Below, piece by piece: positions 51,587 through 62,595 of a stretch of DNA of 64,000 bases. The notes below the pieces were generated by a model, which was not told the DNA's origin, ran no database searches, and was given only the letters and a program-made list of their open reading frames with translations. Source of the stretch: an uncultured Gemmatimonadales bacterium (lineage in GTDB: Bacteria > Gemmatimonadota > Gemmatimonadetes > Gemmatimonadales > GWC2-71-9); contig CAVSQW010000008.1 in NCBI GenBank assembly GCA_963730185.1, positions 1-64,000 of the forward strand, given 5' to 3'. The position numbers were made by a program, and so were the translations under genes. The stretch's first letter is position 1, and each line of letters starts with the position of its first letter.

Positions 51587-54500
51587 GGCGTCACCGGCCG
51601 TCCCGGGGTCCAGGGAGCGCCCGCGGCCGTCAGGTCACGCTCGAGCCGGGTCAGCGGGCCGCTCACCAGCGCCTCCAGGTCGCGGGCCAGCCGGTCCATG
51701 TCGCTCGAGGCGATGTCGATGTCCCGCCGCTGGGTGGCCGTCGGCATCTGGCGGGTCTCCCAGTGGCCGGTCTGCACCAGACCGACCCGATCGGCGATCG
51801 ACGGCATGGTGGATTCGCTCAGCCGTTGGCGCTCGGGATCGCCCTGGAGCCGAGCGCCCAGGTCGGTCAGGGCTCGGCCGACCGAGTCGATCCGGCCGTA
51901 GAGCTCGGCCCCGGCCCGGGTGTCTCGACCAGGGCGGCCCGCATGGATCGGAGCCGCTCGTCGAGGCGCCCGATCTCCGCGCCGGCGGCCGAGACCCGCC
52001 GGGCGAGCTCGGCCGTCCGCTGCTGGAAGGCCGCGACGGCGGCCACGTCGGTGCCCGGTTCGAGCGTCGGCACCGGCTTGACCTCGAACGACTGGGGCGA
52101 GCCGACCCGGCGGGCGCCGGCGGCCGACACCACGACCAGCGTCGCCGTGTACCGGCCGGGCGCCACGAGCGGGCCCTTCGAGGGCGCATCCCAGGGGGCC
52201 TGGAACCCCGGCGGGGTCAGGTCGATCGCCTCGGGGTTGGCGCGCCGGAGATCCCAGCTCACCCGGTGGAGTCCGGCGGCGGTCGGCCCCGCGATCCAGC
52301 GGACCGGCGTCCCGGCGGCGTCCGAGACCAGGACCAGCACTTTGGGCCCGCCTTCGGTGGCCTCGGCCCGAAGGAGGTCGTAACCCGGAACTGGGACGTC
52401 CCCTCCCCGGGCCCGGATCGCGCCCTCCTCGAGGTGCCGTCGCTCCGCCGCGGTCGTGGGCGCCTCCTTCAGGTAGTAGGTCAGGAGCGCGCCGGCCGGC
52501 GGGTTCGGGGCGGTGAAGTCGTCGCTGCCCGCGGTGGGGCGGCCCGGAGCCTGGGCCAGCTGCGACGGCACGTACCACCAGGCGTCGCGCAGCGGCAGGA
52601 CGCCGCCGGCGGCGAACGCCCCGGCGGCCAGGGCCCGCAGCGGCGCGTAGTCGTCCAGGATCCAGATCCCCCGCCCGAAGCTGGCGCCGACGACGTCGTC
52701 GTCGCGGCGCTGGAGCTGCACGTCGCGGAAGGCGATGGTGGGCACGCCGGCGTCGAGGCGGTGCCACTTCGCGCCCCCGTCGACGGTGAACCAGAGGCCG
52801 GTCTCGCCGGCCAAGGAAGAGCAGGTCCGGCTCCACGTCGTCCTGCTGGAGCGCCCAGGGGATCTCGCCCGTCGGGGAGGTCGCCGCGGATGGACTTCCA
52901 GGTCCTGCCCCGCGTCGGTGGAGCGGAAGAGCTAGGGCGTGTAGTCGCCCAGCTTGTGGGCGTCGGCCAGCGGCGAACACGGTCGCCGCGTCGTACCGCT
53001 GGCCACCACCTTGTTGATGAAGCGCGCTCGGCACGCCGGGCAGCGCGGCGGCCTTCTTCCACGTGGCGCCCGCGTCGGTGGTGACGTGGATGAGCCCGTC
53101 GTCGCGACCCGGCCAGAGGCGCCCTTCGCCACCGGCGACTCGGAGATCGTGGTCAGCGTCGCGTACTTGGACATGGCCCCGTTGTCGTGGAGCGCGTCCA
53201 CCTCCCACACCCGGCCCATGTACGGGAGCGTGTAGCGGTCGGTGCCCGGTGGTGAGGTCGCCGGAGATGGCGGTCCAGTGGTCGCCCCGGTCGTCGCGCC
53301 CAGAGCCGCTGCGAGCCGTAGTAGATGCGCGCGGCGTCGTGGGGGGTGACGAGGATGGGCGAGTCCCAGTTCCAGCGCTCCGGCGGCTCGCCCGGGCGCG
53401 GCCTCGGGCTGGATGGGCATGACTTCCTCGTGGCGCCGGTCCACGCGGTGCAGGTGGCCCTCCTGCGTCATCATGTACATGACGTCCGGGTCCGAGGGAT
53501 CGAAGGCCACGCCGTAGCCGTCCGGCCCATAGGGACATCAGCCAGTCCTCGTTGCGCACGCCCTCGTGGTGCGGGTGCGCGCCGGCGCCCACAGCGTCCC
53601 CAGGTCCTGGGCGCCCCGCCACCAGATCGTAGAAGGGCGACCGGCTCGAGGGACACCTTGTAGAACTGGGCGACGGGCAGGTTGGGGAAGTGCCGCCAGC
53701 CGCGTGCCCCGGTCGAAGGTCTCGTAGAGGCCGGCGTCGGTCCCGGCGAGCATGTGCAGCGGCGTTTCTCGGGTCGATCCAGAGGGCGTGATTGTCGGAG
53801 TGCTTGTCGCGGCCCGTCTCCAGGTTGTCGAACGTCTTGCGCCGCCGTCGTAGGTGACCTGGAAGAAGACGTCCATCTGGATGACCACGTCGGCTTCGGT
53901 CGGCGAGGCTTCGATCTCCTGGTAGTAGTGGGGGCCGGTTCCGCCGGGGAGGTAGGTGTTGCGCTGCTCCCAGCTCTCGCCCCGGTCGGTGGAGCGGTAG
54001 AAGCCTTCTGCTCCCGGCGCTGGCCTCGATGGTGGCGTAGACACGGTCCGGGTCGGCCGGCGTCACCGCCAGGCCGATCTTACCCATGTCCCCCGTGGGC
54101 AGGCCGGTCGTGAGCTGCCGCCAGGTGCGGCCGCCGTCGGTGGACTTCCAGATCCCGGACTCGGGGCCGCCGGCCAGGAAGCCCCAGGCGTGCCGGCGCC
54201 GCTGGTAGGCGGCGGCGTAGACCATGTTGGGGTCGTCGGGGGCGAACTCGAGATCGGTGACCCCGGTGTTCTCGTCGATGGTGAGGCGCGGCGTCCAGGT
54301 GGCCCCGCCGTCGGTCGGAGCGGTACACGCCCCGGTCTCCTCCCGCCGACCAGAGCGGCCCTTCGGCGGCGACCAGGACGACCTTGCCGTCCTCGCGGGT
54401 CGACCAGGATCCGCCCGATGTGCTCGGACTTGGCCAGCCCCATTCGCCTGCCAGGTCCGGCCGGCGTCCCGGCTCCGATAGACGCCGGTCCCCCAAGCGA

Positions 54501-54855
54501 CGTGCCGGCCGCTGACGTTCTCGCCGGTGCCGACCCAGACGATGTCCGGATTGGACGGCTCGAGCGCGATCTCGCCGATCGAGTAGGAGGGCTGCTCGTC
54601 GAAGACCGGCGTCAAGGTCACGCCGCCGTTGGTGGTCTTCCAGACCCCGCCCGACCCGGCCGCCACGTACCACGTGCCGGGAACCCGCGGGTTCACGGCG
54701 ATGTCGGCGATCCGCCCGCCGGCCAGCGCCGGGCCGATCCCGCGCAGGGTGAGCGCGGCGGTGGCCTGGGCGATCGAGGAATCCGCCGCCTGAGCCCGGA
54801 CCGAGCGGGGCAGGGCGGCGGCGACGAGGGCGACGATGACGATCGGGTATCTCAT
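51583..54855 (-). CDS. VPS10/sortilin-like BNR-repeat glycosyl hydrolase-like protein (heavily frameshifted ~52800-54450)
   Basis: Signal peptide, RGIGPALAGGRIADIA, GGVWKTTNGG, VWVGTGE, HSDNHALWIDP, SFGRGIWILDD. Confidence 0.85.
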   Translation of the reverse strand: MRYPIVIVALVAAALPRSVRAQAADSSIAQATAALTLRGIGPALAGGRIADIAVNPRVPGTWYVAAGSGGVWKTTNGGVTLTPVFDEQPSYSIGEIALEPSNPDIVWVGTGENVSGRHVAWGTGVYRSRDAGRTWQANGAGQVRAHRADPGRPARTARSSWSPPKGRSGRREETGACTAPTDGGATWTPRLTIDENTGVTDLEFAPDDPNMVYAAAYQRRRHAWGFLAGGPESGIWKSTDGGRTWRQLTTGLPTGDMGKIGLAVTPADPDRVYATIEASAGSRRLLPLHRPGRELGAAQHLPPRRNRPPLLPGDRSLADRSRRGHPDGRLLPGHLRRRRKTFDNLETGRDKHSDNHALWIDPRNAAAHARRDRRRPLRDLRPGHAAGGTSPTCPSPSSTRCPSSRSPFYDLVAGRPGPGDAVGAGAHPHHEGVRNEDWLMSLWAGRLRRGLRSLGPGRHVHDDAGGPPAPRGPAPRGSHAHPARGRARASRRSAGTGTRPSSSPPTTPRASTTARSGSGRDDRGDHWTAISGDLTTGHRPLHAPVHGPGVGGGRAPRQRGHVQVRDADHDLRVAGGEGRLWPGRDDGLIHVTTDAGATWKKAAALPGVPSALHQQGGGQRYDAATVFAAGRRPQAGRLHALALPLHRRGAGPGSPSAATSPTGEIPWALQQDDVEPDLLFLGRRDRPLVHRRRGREVAPPRRRRAHHRLPRRAAPAPRRRRRRRQLRAGDLDPGRLRAAAGPGRRGVRRRRRPAAARRLVVRAVAAGPGSGPPHRGQRRLHRPEPAGRRAPDLLPEGGAHDRGGATAPRGGRDPGPGRGRPSSGLRPPSGRGHRRRAQSAGPGLGRRRDAGPLDRGADRRRTPPGELGSPARQPRGDRPDPAGVPGPLGCALEGPARGARPVHGDAGRGVGRRRPPGRLAPVVRGQAGADARTGHRRGRRRGLPAADGRARPAGLGRRRGDRAPRRAAPIHAGRPGRDTRAGAELYGRIDSVGRALTDLGARLQGDPERQRLSESTMPSIADRVGLVQTGHWETRQMPTATQRRDIDIASSDMDRLARDLEALVSGPLTRLERDLTAAGAPWTPGRPVTP

Positions 54856-54977
54856 TGGCGTGGTCCGAACGGAGAGGAGGTCGTCACGGCGCGTCGTGAC
54901 GTGGGCCCGGAGGCAACGAAGTATCGGGCGGGTCCCGTTACGGCGCTACCCCGGGCTGGGAGGCCGCGCGAGGTCGC

Positions 54978-55033
54978 TCCGGCGTCCGGCGTCCGGCGTC
55001 CGGCGTCCGGCGTCCGGCGTCCGGCGTCCGGCG
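54978..55033. repeat. Perfect tandem repeat (TCCGGCG)x8
   Basis: Eight exact 7-bp units counted between the Rrf2 stop and the VPS10 gene start. Confidence 0.95.
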
Positions 55034-55068
55034 TGCGGTCGGTCACGTCACCTGTCAGGGCGTGACGT

Positions 55069-55572
55069 TTAGGATCGAGTAGCCGCCGTGCGGGTAGCCC
55101 AGGCCTCCCGGAGCGCCTGGCGCCTTGGGGCGGCGCTCGCGTGGCGGAGCCGCCGGATGTCGTGGAGCAGGTCGGCCAGAGTCGTCGTGGCGAGGGATGA
55201 CCGGAAGGCCTGGTCCGCCCGGGCGAGTACGGGCTCGAGCGCCTGGTCGAGATGAAAGGACGGCGAGAACCTTCCAGGGCGCCGAGGCCGGGGCTTCAAG
55301 CGGTGAATCGAGCTCCCGCCGGCGGTCTCGAGTGCCCTCATCACCCGCTCGAGATCGATCGCCTCCGGGGGCTGTGCCAGCGCGGAGCCACCCTCGACGC
55401 CCCGACGGGTCGAGACGAGGCCGGCTCGCGCCAGATCCCTGAGCAGCCGGCGGACGAGGGTCGGCTCGGCATGAAGGTGGGCCGCGAGAGTGGCCGAACC
55501 GACGGAATCCGGTGCGTGCCCGGCGAGGGTGACGAGCAGGTGGACCGCGTCGTCGAATCGCCGGGGGATCAT
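55069..55572 (-). CDS. Rrf2 family transcriptional regulator (no cysteines)
   Basis: RFDDAVHLLVTLA, S.TLA.....EPTLVRRLL.DL..AGLV.TRRGVEGG..LA.PPEAI.L, TTLADLL. Confidence 0.88.
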   Translation of the reverse strand: MIPRRFDDAVHLLVTLAGHAPDSVGSATLAAHLHAEPTLVRRLLRDLARAGLVSTRRGVEGGSALAQPPEAIDLERVMRALETAGGSSIHRLKPRPRRPGRFSPSFHLDQALEPVLARADQAFRSSLATTTLADLLHDIRRLRHASAAPRRQALREAWATRTAATRS

Positions 55573-55591
55573 GGGGGACCTCGTCACGGGT

Positions 55592-55616
55592 AATTGTGAC
55601 TTCAATGGTCACAATT
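55592..55616. promoter_or_regulatory. Putative Rrf2 operator AATTGTGAC-N7-GTCACAATT
   Basis: Perfect 9-bp inverted repeat, AT-rich, about 20 bp upstream of the Rrf2 ATG. Confidence 0.8.
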
Positions 55617-55841
55617 TGGGTTGGGAGGACACCACGCCTTGGCGTGCACGGCCCGCCGGATCCACTCGCCCAACGCTGGAGCGTGCCGTCGGGCGGGCGG
55701 GGCTGCGGTCCTGGCCCGCCCCGCGGCCACCATGGGCCGGCAGGGGAAGATCGCCCGGTGGTCTCCCGTCCCCTCATCGTTCCCCCGCCACTCGGCGCCA
55801 AATCGCGCGACCGGAGGCGGGCCCCAGGCCGCCGGGGCTGG

Positions 55842-57210
55842 CTATCTCACCCAGACGGTCTTGATGTTCACGAATTCCTTGATCCCGTAGTGGGAGAGCT
55901 CGCGGCCGTAGCCGCTCTCCCGAATCCCGCCGAAGGGGAGCCGAGGGTCGGACTTCACCATCCCGTTCACGAAGCAGGCGCCGGCCTCGAGCTCGTGGGT
56001 GGCGATCCGGGTGCCCCGGGCGGCGTCGGCGGTGAACACGGCGGCGCCGAGTCCGAAGACGGTATCGTTGGCGACTCGGAGGGCCGCCTTTTCGTTCCTG
56101 ACTGGAATGATGGCCGCCACCGGTCCGAACAGCTCCTCGCCATAGGCCGGCATGCCTCGCTTCACGTCGGTGAGGACGGTCGGCGGGTAGTAGGCGCCGG
56201 GCCCCTCGGGCACCTGGCCGCCGAGGAGGCAGCGCGCCCCCTTCTCGAGGCTCCGGGTTACCTGGGCGTGGAGCTCGTCACGGAGGTCCCGCCGCGCCAT
56301 CGGACCCACCACGGTGGCGGGATCGGTGGGATCGCCCATGGGCGTCGCCCGCATCCGCTCGACGAACCGGCGCTCGAACTCCTCGCGGACCGACTCCACC
56401 ACGATGAACCGCTTGGCCGCGATGCAGCTCTGGCCGCCGTTGATCAACCGGCTGGTGGCGCAGGTCGCCGCCGCCAGGTCGAGGTCCGCGTCCTCGCAAG
56501 ATCAGGTAGGGATCGCTGCCCCCGAGCTCGAGCACGCATTTCTTGAGTTTGGCGCCCGCCGCCCGGGCCACGGACCGGCCGGCCGCGGTGCTTCCGGTCA
56601 GGGTCACGGCCCGCACCAGGGGGGTCCGGATCAGGCCGGCCGCGACCTTGTTGTCGACCAGCAGCGTCCGGAACAGGCCGTCCGGCAACCCGGCCCGCCG
56701 GAACACGTCCTCGATGGCCAGCGCGCACCCCGGCACGTTCGAGGCATGCTTGAGAATGCCCGCGTTCCCCGCCATCAGCGCCGGGGCCGCGAACCGGAAC
56801 ACCTGCCAGAAGGGAAAGTTCCACGGCATGATGGCGAGCACCACGCCCAGGGGCTCGAAGGCCACGAAGCTCCGGGTCGCATCGGTGGCGATGACTTCGG
56901 GCGCCAGGAACCGCTCGGCGTGCTCGGCGTAGTAGTCGCACACCCAGGCGCATTTCTCCGCTTCGCTCACCCCGCCGGACACGGGCTTCCCCATCTCGTC
57001 GGTCATCAGCTTGGCGTAGCTCGGCGCGTCGGCCCTGAGAATCCGGGCCGCCTCGCGGAGCACGGTGGCGCGCCCGTCGAAGGGCACCTTGCGCCAGGCG
57101 AGGTGCGCCGCGTGGGCCGCGCGGATCGCCTGCCGGGCCTCGGCCGGCGGGGTGGGCTGGTACTCGGCGACGACGGCGCCGGTGGCTGGGTTGATCGCGC
57201 GGATGGTCAT
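55842..57210 (-). CDS. NAD(P)-dependent succinate-semialdehyde dehydrogenase (Sad/GabD1-like), frameshift ~56495
   Basis: IMPWNFPFWQVFRFAAP, LKHASNV, LTGST, LELGGSDP, GQSCIAAKR, EELFGP, PFGGIRESGYGRE. Confidence 0.92.
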
Positions 57211-58232
57211 GAGGTCTCTCCAGGCTGGGAGGTCGCCAGGGTCGGCGTCCGGTCCGTTGGATCGGGGAACTTGATGGTCACCCGGCCCTCCCGAAAGTCG
57301 GTGATCGACTGCGACAAGGTGAACCCGGGCCAGCGGAACTCGGCTCGGCCGGAACGAGGCTGGTACACCGCCGTGTAGAGGGTACCCCACCCGTGATCGA
57401 AGCGATTCGAGTAGAGGGGCGGGGTCAGGAACCGGTCCGCGAATCGGGGCCCGGTTTCGTGGTCGTCCTCCAGGCGGGCGGACAGGAATCGCTCCCGGTC
57501 CACCGTGGCCGTCGCCGACGCGAACCGGGCCCATTCGACCGTCCCCTGATGGTTGGTCGCATAGCGGCGCCGGAGCACGACGGCGGGGCGGTCCGGGTTG
57601 GTGAACACCGTGGCGTAATCGGCGCCGCGGTCGAGGAGGGTGATGTTGTAGGCCATGTGCGTGGGAACCCGGGCCAGGACCCGGACCGCGTCCGGGACGG
57701 TCGCGCAGGTTTCCAGAACGTACCGGAGGATCAGCGGCATGGCGAACCCGTCACCGACGGCGGTGCGGCCGCCGAAGGCGAGCGAGACCGCCAGGCCGTG
57801 CTCGTTGATGCCGTCGAGCACGCCCCAGAGGCTGTCGCTCATGGCCACCACCCGGCAACCGGTCCAGGCCGAAGCCAGCAACAGGGCCTCCCAGAGCCGG
57901 GGGCTGTAGTCGTAGTTCCGGACCAGGAACGGCTCGTCGCCCCGGGTCCACACCGCCTGGGAGCAGCCGGTCAGGTAGGGCGTGGGCCGATAGAGGCTCA
58001 GGAGCCGGGCCGCGAGATCGCCGCCTCCCGCCAGCTCGACCAGGCGCTCGTAGGTCGGGATCAGCTCCGGCATGTGGGTCCGAAGCGCCCGCACCGACAC
58101 CCGGTAGGACGGGCGCGCGGCATCGCCCTCCTTGAGGAACCAATGGCGGTAGGTTGGCTCCATGAGGGCGTAATGCCGCCGCCAGGTCGCCCCCGGCTCG
58201 GGTTCCTCCACCGCCTGGAGATCGCTGGTCAC
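57207..58232 (-). CDS. C45 family Ntn-hydrolase (acyl-CoA:6-APA acyltransferase-like)
   Basis: HMPELIP, G-CSQAV (autocleavage Cys), VRNYDY, LDGINEHGLAV, TNHQ. Confidence 0.85.
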   Translation of the reverse strand: MTSDLQAVEEPEPGATWRRHYALMEPTYRHWFLKEGDAARPSYRVSVRALRTHMPELIPTYERLVELAGGGDLAARLLSLYRPTPYLTGCSQAVWTRGDEPFLVRNYDYSPRLWEALLLASAWTGCRVVAMSDSLWGVLDGINEHGLAVSLAFGGRTAVGDGFAMPLILRYVLETCATVPDAVRVLARVPTHMAYNITLLDRGADYATVFTNPDRPAVVLRRRYATNHQGTVEWARFASATATVDRERFLSARLEDDHETGPRFADRFLTPPLYSNRFDHGWGTLYTAVYQPRSGRAEFRWPGFTLSQSITDFREGRVTIKFPDPTDRTPTLATSQPGETS

Positions 58233-58242
58233 GTCGGCCTTC

Positions 58243-59752
58243 TCAGAGCAGCTTGAAGTTCCCCACGTCCACCGGCTGGGCGGCGACCTGGACGTCGGCG
58301 GGCCGGATCCGTCGGCTCCGATACTGGGCGAGAATCCCCTCGGTCCACGCCTTGGCCCGGGCGTTGAGGCGGAATCCCTTGGTCATCAGCCGGCCGGGGG
58401 TGATCAGGATCCCGAGGTCGGCGCCTTCGTACTTGTAGTCGCCCTCCCGGGCGATCCGGAGGAAGAACGCCTCCGATTCGCTTTCCACGGTCCGCCGGTG
58501 GGTCTGGGAGCGGACGAAGTGGACTCCGTCGCCGTCCAGGCGCCAGACCCCGGAGGGCGGGGCCGCGGTGATGACCTCGGTGGTGTCGCTGGTGTGTTTG
58601 ATGACCAGCTGCCCCCAGGGATCGATGTTGGCGGGATCCGACCAGCGCCGGTTGAGCGCGGCCACGTCCAGGTCGAAGTCGGCCTTGGCCCACTGGAGCA
58701 GGTGAAACAGGAAGAGCGGAGCGTCGGCGTGGGCGAACGCGGCGAGGTTGGTCATCGCGCTGGCCCCGGTGATCCGGGGGTTCACCTCGCCCAGGAACAG
58801 TTCGCCGGTGTTCCGCTCGATCAGGAAGTCCAGCTCGAAATATCCGGTGTAGCCCAGCCGGCCCAGCTCGGCCCCGAATTGGAAGCTGGCGTCGCGGGCC
58901 TGGTCCCGGATGGCTCGGGGGAAGGCTTCCGCGAGGACTTCATTGCCGCACCAGCCGCCCCGGTAGGGGGTCAGCTCCTTGAAGCCGATCAGCTCGGTCA
59001 TCAGGGGGCCCACGATGGTGCCCTCGCGGGTGACGCATGCTTCCAGCGCCGAGCCTCGCACGCTGACCCGGCGCATGACCTTGACCTCCGGCTCGGCCAC
59101 GATCTCGTCCGCATGCTTCTTCCAATCGGCCTCGCTCTTGATGAAGAAGGTGGTGTGGCCCGAGTCGCCGAACGCGGTCTGCACGACCAGGTCGTGGCCC
59201 AGCTCCCGCGACACCCGCCTGAGGTCGGTCCAGCTCTCCACCTTGGTCAGGACATGGGGCACGGAGCGGACCCCGGCGCGGTCGCCGATCCGGGTCGTCT
59301 CGAGCTTGTTGTCGACCTGCTGCCGCAGCCGGGCCGGCGGGAAGCAGATCTCGAGCCCGAACTCACGGCAGAGCTGCTCGGTCTGCTCGTCGAAGAAGAG
59401 GAAGACCGCCTGGCCGCCGCGACCCTGGGCCGCGGATGAAGTCCACGACCTCCTTGTGCTCCAGGAGGTAGTTGTTGATCTCCTCGAGGCAGGTGAACGG
59501 CCGATGGGGCCGCTCCGACGGCACGAAGACGTGGGGGTGCTGCCGTCGAAGCAGTCGATGTAGTTGATGAAGTGGAAGTTCCGGACCCACTCGTCGATCC
59601 CGAGCAGGTTGAAGGGGTGGCGCTGATGAAGAAGACCGGCCGCTCCGTGCGGTGGAAGTAGCGCCGGATGTCCGATGACGCCGTGCAAGCTTCGGCCGCC
59701 GGCGTGCGCGCCCCGCTCTTCACCGCGGTGTGGATTTCGTGAGACCGGTCAT
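58243..59752 (-). CDS. ATP-grasp ligase ('biotin carboxylase-like', uncharacterised), frameshifted N-terminal third
   Basis: DNKLETTR, VVQTAFGDSGHTTFF, GWCGNE, GYFELDFL, GEVNPR (ExNxR); start ATG 59752 (AAGGAG RBS) or GTG 59723. Confidence 0.8.
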
Positions 59753-62590
59753 GCCCGCACTCCTTTCGGCTCCGGGGACCGCGCGGCGCTCGTCGGCGGA
59801 GGCTTCCACCAGCGACGCCAGGCCGTCGGGCTCGAAGATTCGGAGCCCGTAGGCGGGCTCATAGCCATGGATCTCCTTGACGTCGAGCTGCGAGGAGATA
59901 GCGGAGGATCTCCGCCGTGATGACCTGCCCCGGCATCAGGACCGGGAAGCCCGGCGGATAGGGCGTGACGAAGGAGGCGGACACGACCTCGCGGCCGGCC
60001 TCGACGCTCGCGCAGCGGGCCCGTCGAGGGCACGTACTCGCAGGTGCCGTCGTCATAGGCCAGGAAGAAGGCGTCGCGGAGTCGCCTTCGGGCGTCGGCC
60101 TGGTCCGGGGTCGACTGGAACGCCGGGTGGAAGCGGCTGAAGTTCGGCAGCGGCGGCAGCTCGTCGGTCAGCGACCGAGACTCGCTGGTCGGAAGCGCGT
60201 GCCCGGCGATGCCGCTCTGGTGCGACCGCTCGTCATCCAGCTCCTCGGCGATCCGGGTCAGCACCTTGACCAGGTTGCGCGACCGTGCCCCGGGTCATGC
60301 CGATGTGGATCATGAACAGCACGCGTGTTGCGCGAGGTCTTGTTGATCTGGATGTCGAAGCGGTTCATGAGCAGCGTCTTGAACGTGTCGCCGTCCATCC
60401 CGGTCCGGCCGACATCAAGCGTGATGCGGGTCGGGTCGAGCACGAATTCGTCCGCGGGCCCACGCCTCCTCCAGTCGGCTCCAGCCCCGGCTCGGCATCG
60501 TAGTACGCCTCGAGGCCCGACGGCCGGTACGCCGCCGGGACCATCTCCTGCGGGCCGAGCACCCGGAAGTACTTGCGGAGCAGCGGCGTCCGCGCCGGAT
60601 CCGCTCGCGCAGGGTCATGGCCAGCTCGATGCTGCGCTGCGACCAGCTCGTAGCCCTCCAGCTCGACCTGGCGCCGCCCGATATCGAGCGAGGCGAGGAT
60701 CTGATAGTTGGGCGAGGTCGAGGTATGGGTCATGTACGCTTCGTGGAAGACGCTCCGCACGCCGGTGCTCGAAGTCCTGATCGTGCACATGGATCATCGA
60801 GCCCTGCCGGAGCGACGTCAGGGTCTTGTGGGTCGACTGGGTCGCATAGACCCGGACCCGTGACCCGATCGCGGGTCGGGCAACGCGGCCCGGCGGTCCA
60901 CGGACGCTCGTCTTTCGGCTGGGCGGTCGCCGGCTGCCTGGCGTATTCCGCGCGGTACGCCGGGTCGGCATAGCTGGCGGCAGACGGTTCGGCGGCCTCC
61001 ATGGCGGTGCGCTGGCGGAGCGTCGGCGAGAAGCGGGCCGAACGCGAACCACGCCTCGTCCCACACGAAGATCATGTCCGGCTTGATCGCCAGCACCTCC
61101 TCCATGACCCGCTACGGATCGTAGGTGATGCCCGTCGAAGGTGCATGTTGGTGAGGAGCAGGACCTTGACCCGATCGAGCTTGCCGGCCCGTTCCAGGGC
61201 TCGAGCAGGTGCTGTCTTGATCGTCGTCGCAGCGTGACGCCGCCGTACATCGAGAACGGAGTGAGCGGATAGGCGTCGAGGTAGACCGGCCGGGCGCCGG
61301 CCAGGATGACGGCGTAATGGTGCGACTTGTGGCAGTCGTGCGAGAGCAGCACGATGTCGCCCGGCCGGATCAGCGCCTGAAGCACGATCTTGTTGGCGGT
61401 CGATGTCCCGTTGGTGACGAAGTAGGTCCGCCGCGCGCCGAACGCGCGGGCGGCCAGGTCCTGAGCCTGTTCAGCGATCCGCGGGGCTGGAGCAGCGAAT
61501 CCAGGCCGCCGGTGGTGGCCGACGTCTCGGCCTGGAAGATGTTGCGGCCGTAGAACTGCCCCATCTCGCGGATCCAGTGCGACTTCGCGATGCTCTGGCC
61601 GCGCGAGATCGGCAGGGCATGAAAGACCCCGGTCGGCTTCTGACTGTAGCGCTTGAGGGCCGATGAAGAACGGGGTCTCGTACCGCTCGTGGACGCCCTT
61701 GAGCACGCTCAGATGGAGGTCGTGGTAATCCTCCTCCCGGTAGAAGACCCGGCGGAAGTCACGCGGTCGGATCGCCGACCACGTGCTCGACCGGTGCGTC
61801 GGTGACCAGGAAGAGGTCCAGCTCCGGGCGGAGGGCCTTGAGCAGGCCGCCGAGCACCAGGCTTCGCTCCGAGGCCCAGCGGCCCTCGAGCTGCGCGGGG
61901 TCTTGCCCCAGCAGCGCATAGGCGTCGTTCAGGAACCCGTGCCGGTGCTCCGACCGAAACGGGAAGCTGTAGCGGATGATCACCGATTGGATGTTGAAGT
62001 TGACCAGGGCGGCCATCACGGCGTCCTCGAACGTGCCGGCCGACGACGACGTCGTAGGCGAACGGCGTCCTCCGGCCGCCGGAGGTCGAGCAGCCTGGCC
62101 CGGTCCTCCTCGGCCTGCCGGGGAGTGAGCTCGTCGACGACCAACACCTCGAAGTAGGGCCGGTGCTCGCGCTCGGCCTCGAGGTGGACCGAGTTGCTGA
62201 GCGAGCTGGTGTTGAGGAGATCGGCGTAGCTTCGGACCCGCGACGCGCCGAGGTCGAGGCGGCGGTACCAGCCGTTGGAAAGGAGGCGGACCAGCCGGAT
62301 GGTCTGCCGGGCGAAGGTGTCGAACCTGGCGGCGTCGAAGTTGCGTTTCAGCTCCGCGAAGGCTCGTTCGCCGGGGAAGGCGTGATAGGCTTCCAGCGGC
62401 GCCAGGTAGTCGAAGGCCTCGGTGCCGGCCTGGAGCGCTTCGGGGGGAACGTCGCCGGCCTGCTGCAGCCGGCGCGAGACGGCGGCCGTGGTCCCGGAGA
62501 GGTCCAGAGGTCCTTGCGGAGCCGGGACAGGTTGAAGATCGGGGCGTGTCGCGGATCTAGCTCCGCGGGTGGGCGATCGGCATAGGCCAT
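59749..62590 (-). CDS. Large Orn/Lys/Arg decarboxylase (PLP fold I) with N-terminal extension; heavily frameshifted
   Basis: ETSATTGGLDSLL, FGARRTYFVTNGTSTANKIV, DCHKSHHY, WDEAWF, YATQSTHKTL (PLP Lys), TSTSPNYQILASLD, PYPPGFPVL. Confidence 0.88.
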
Positions 62591-62595
62591 CAGGG

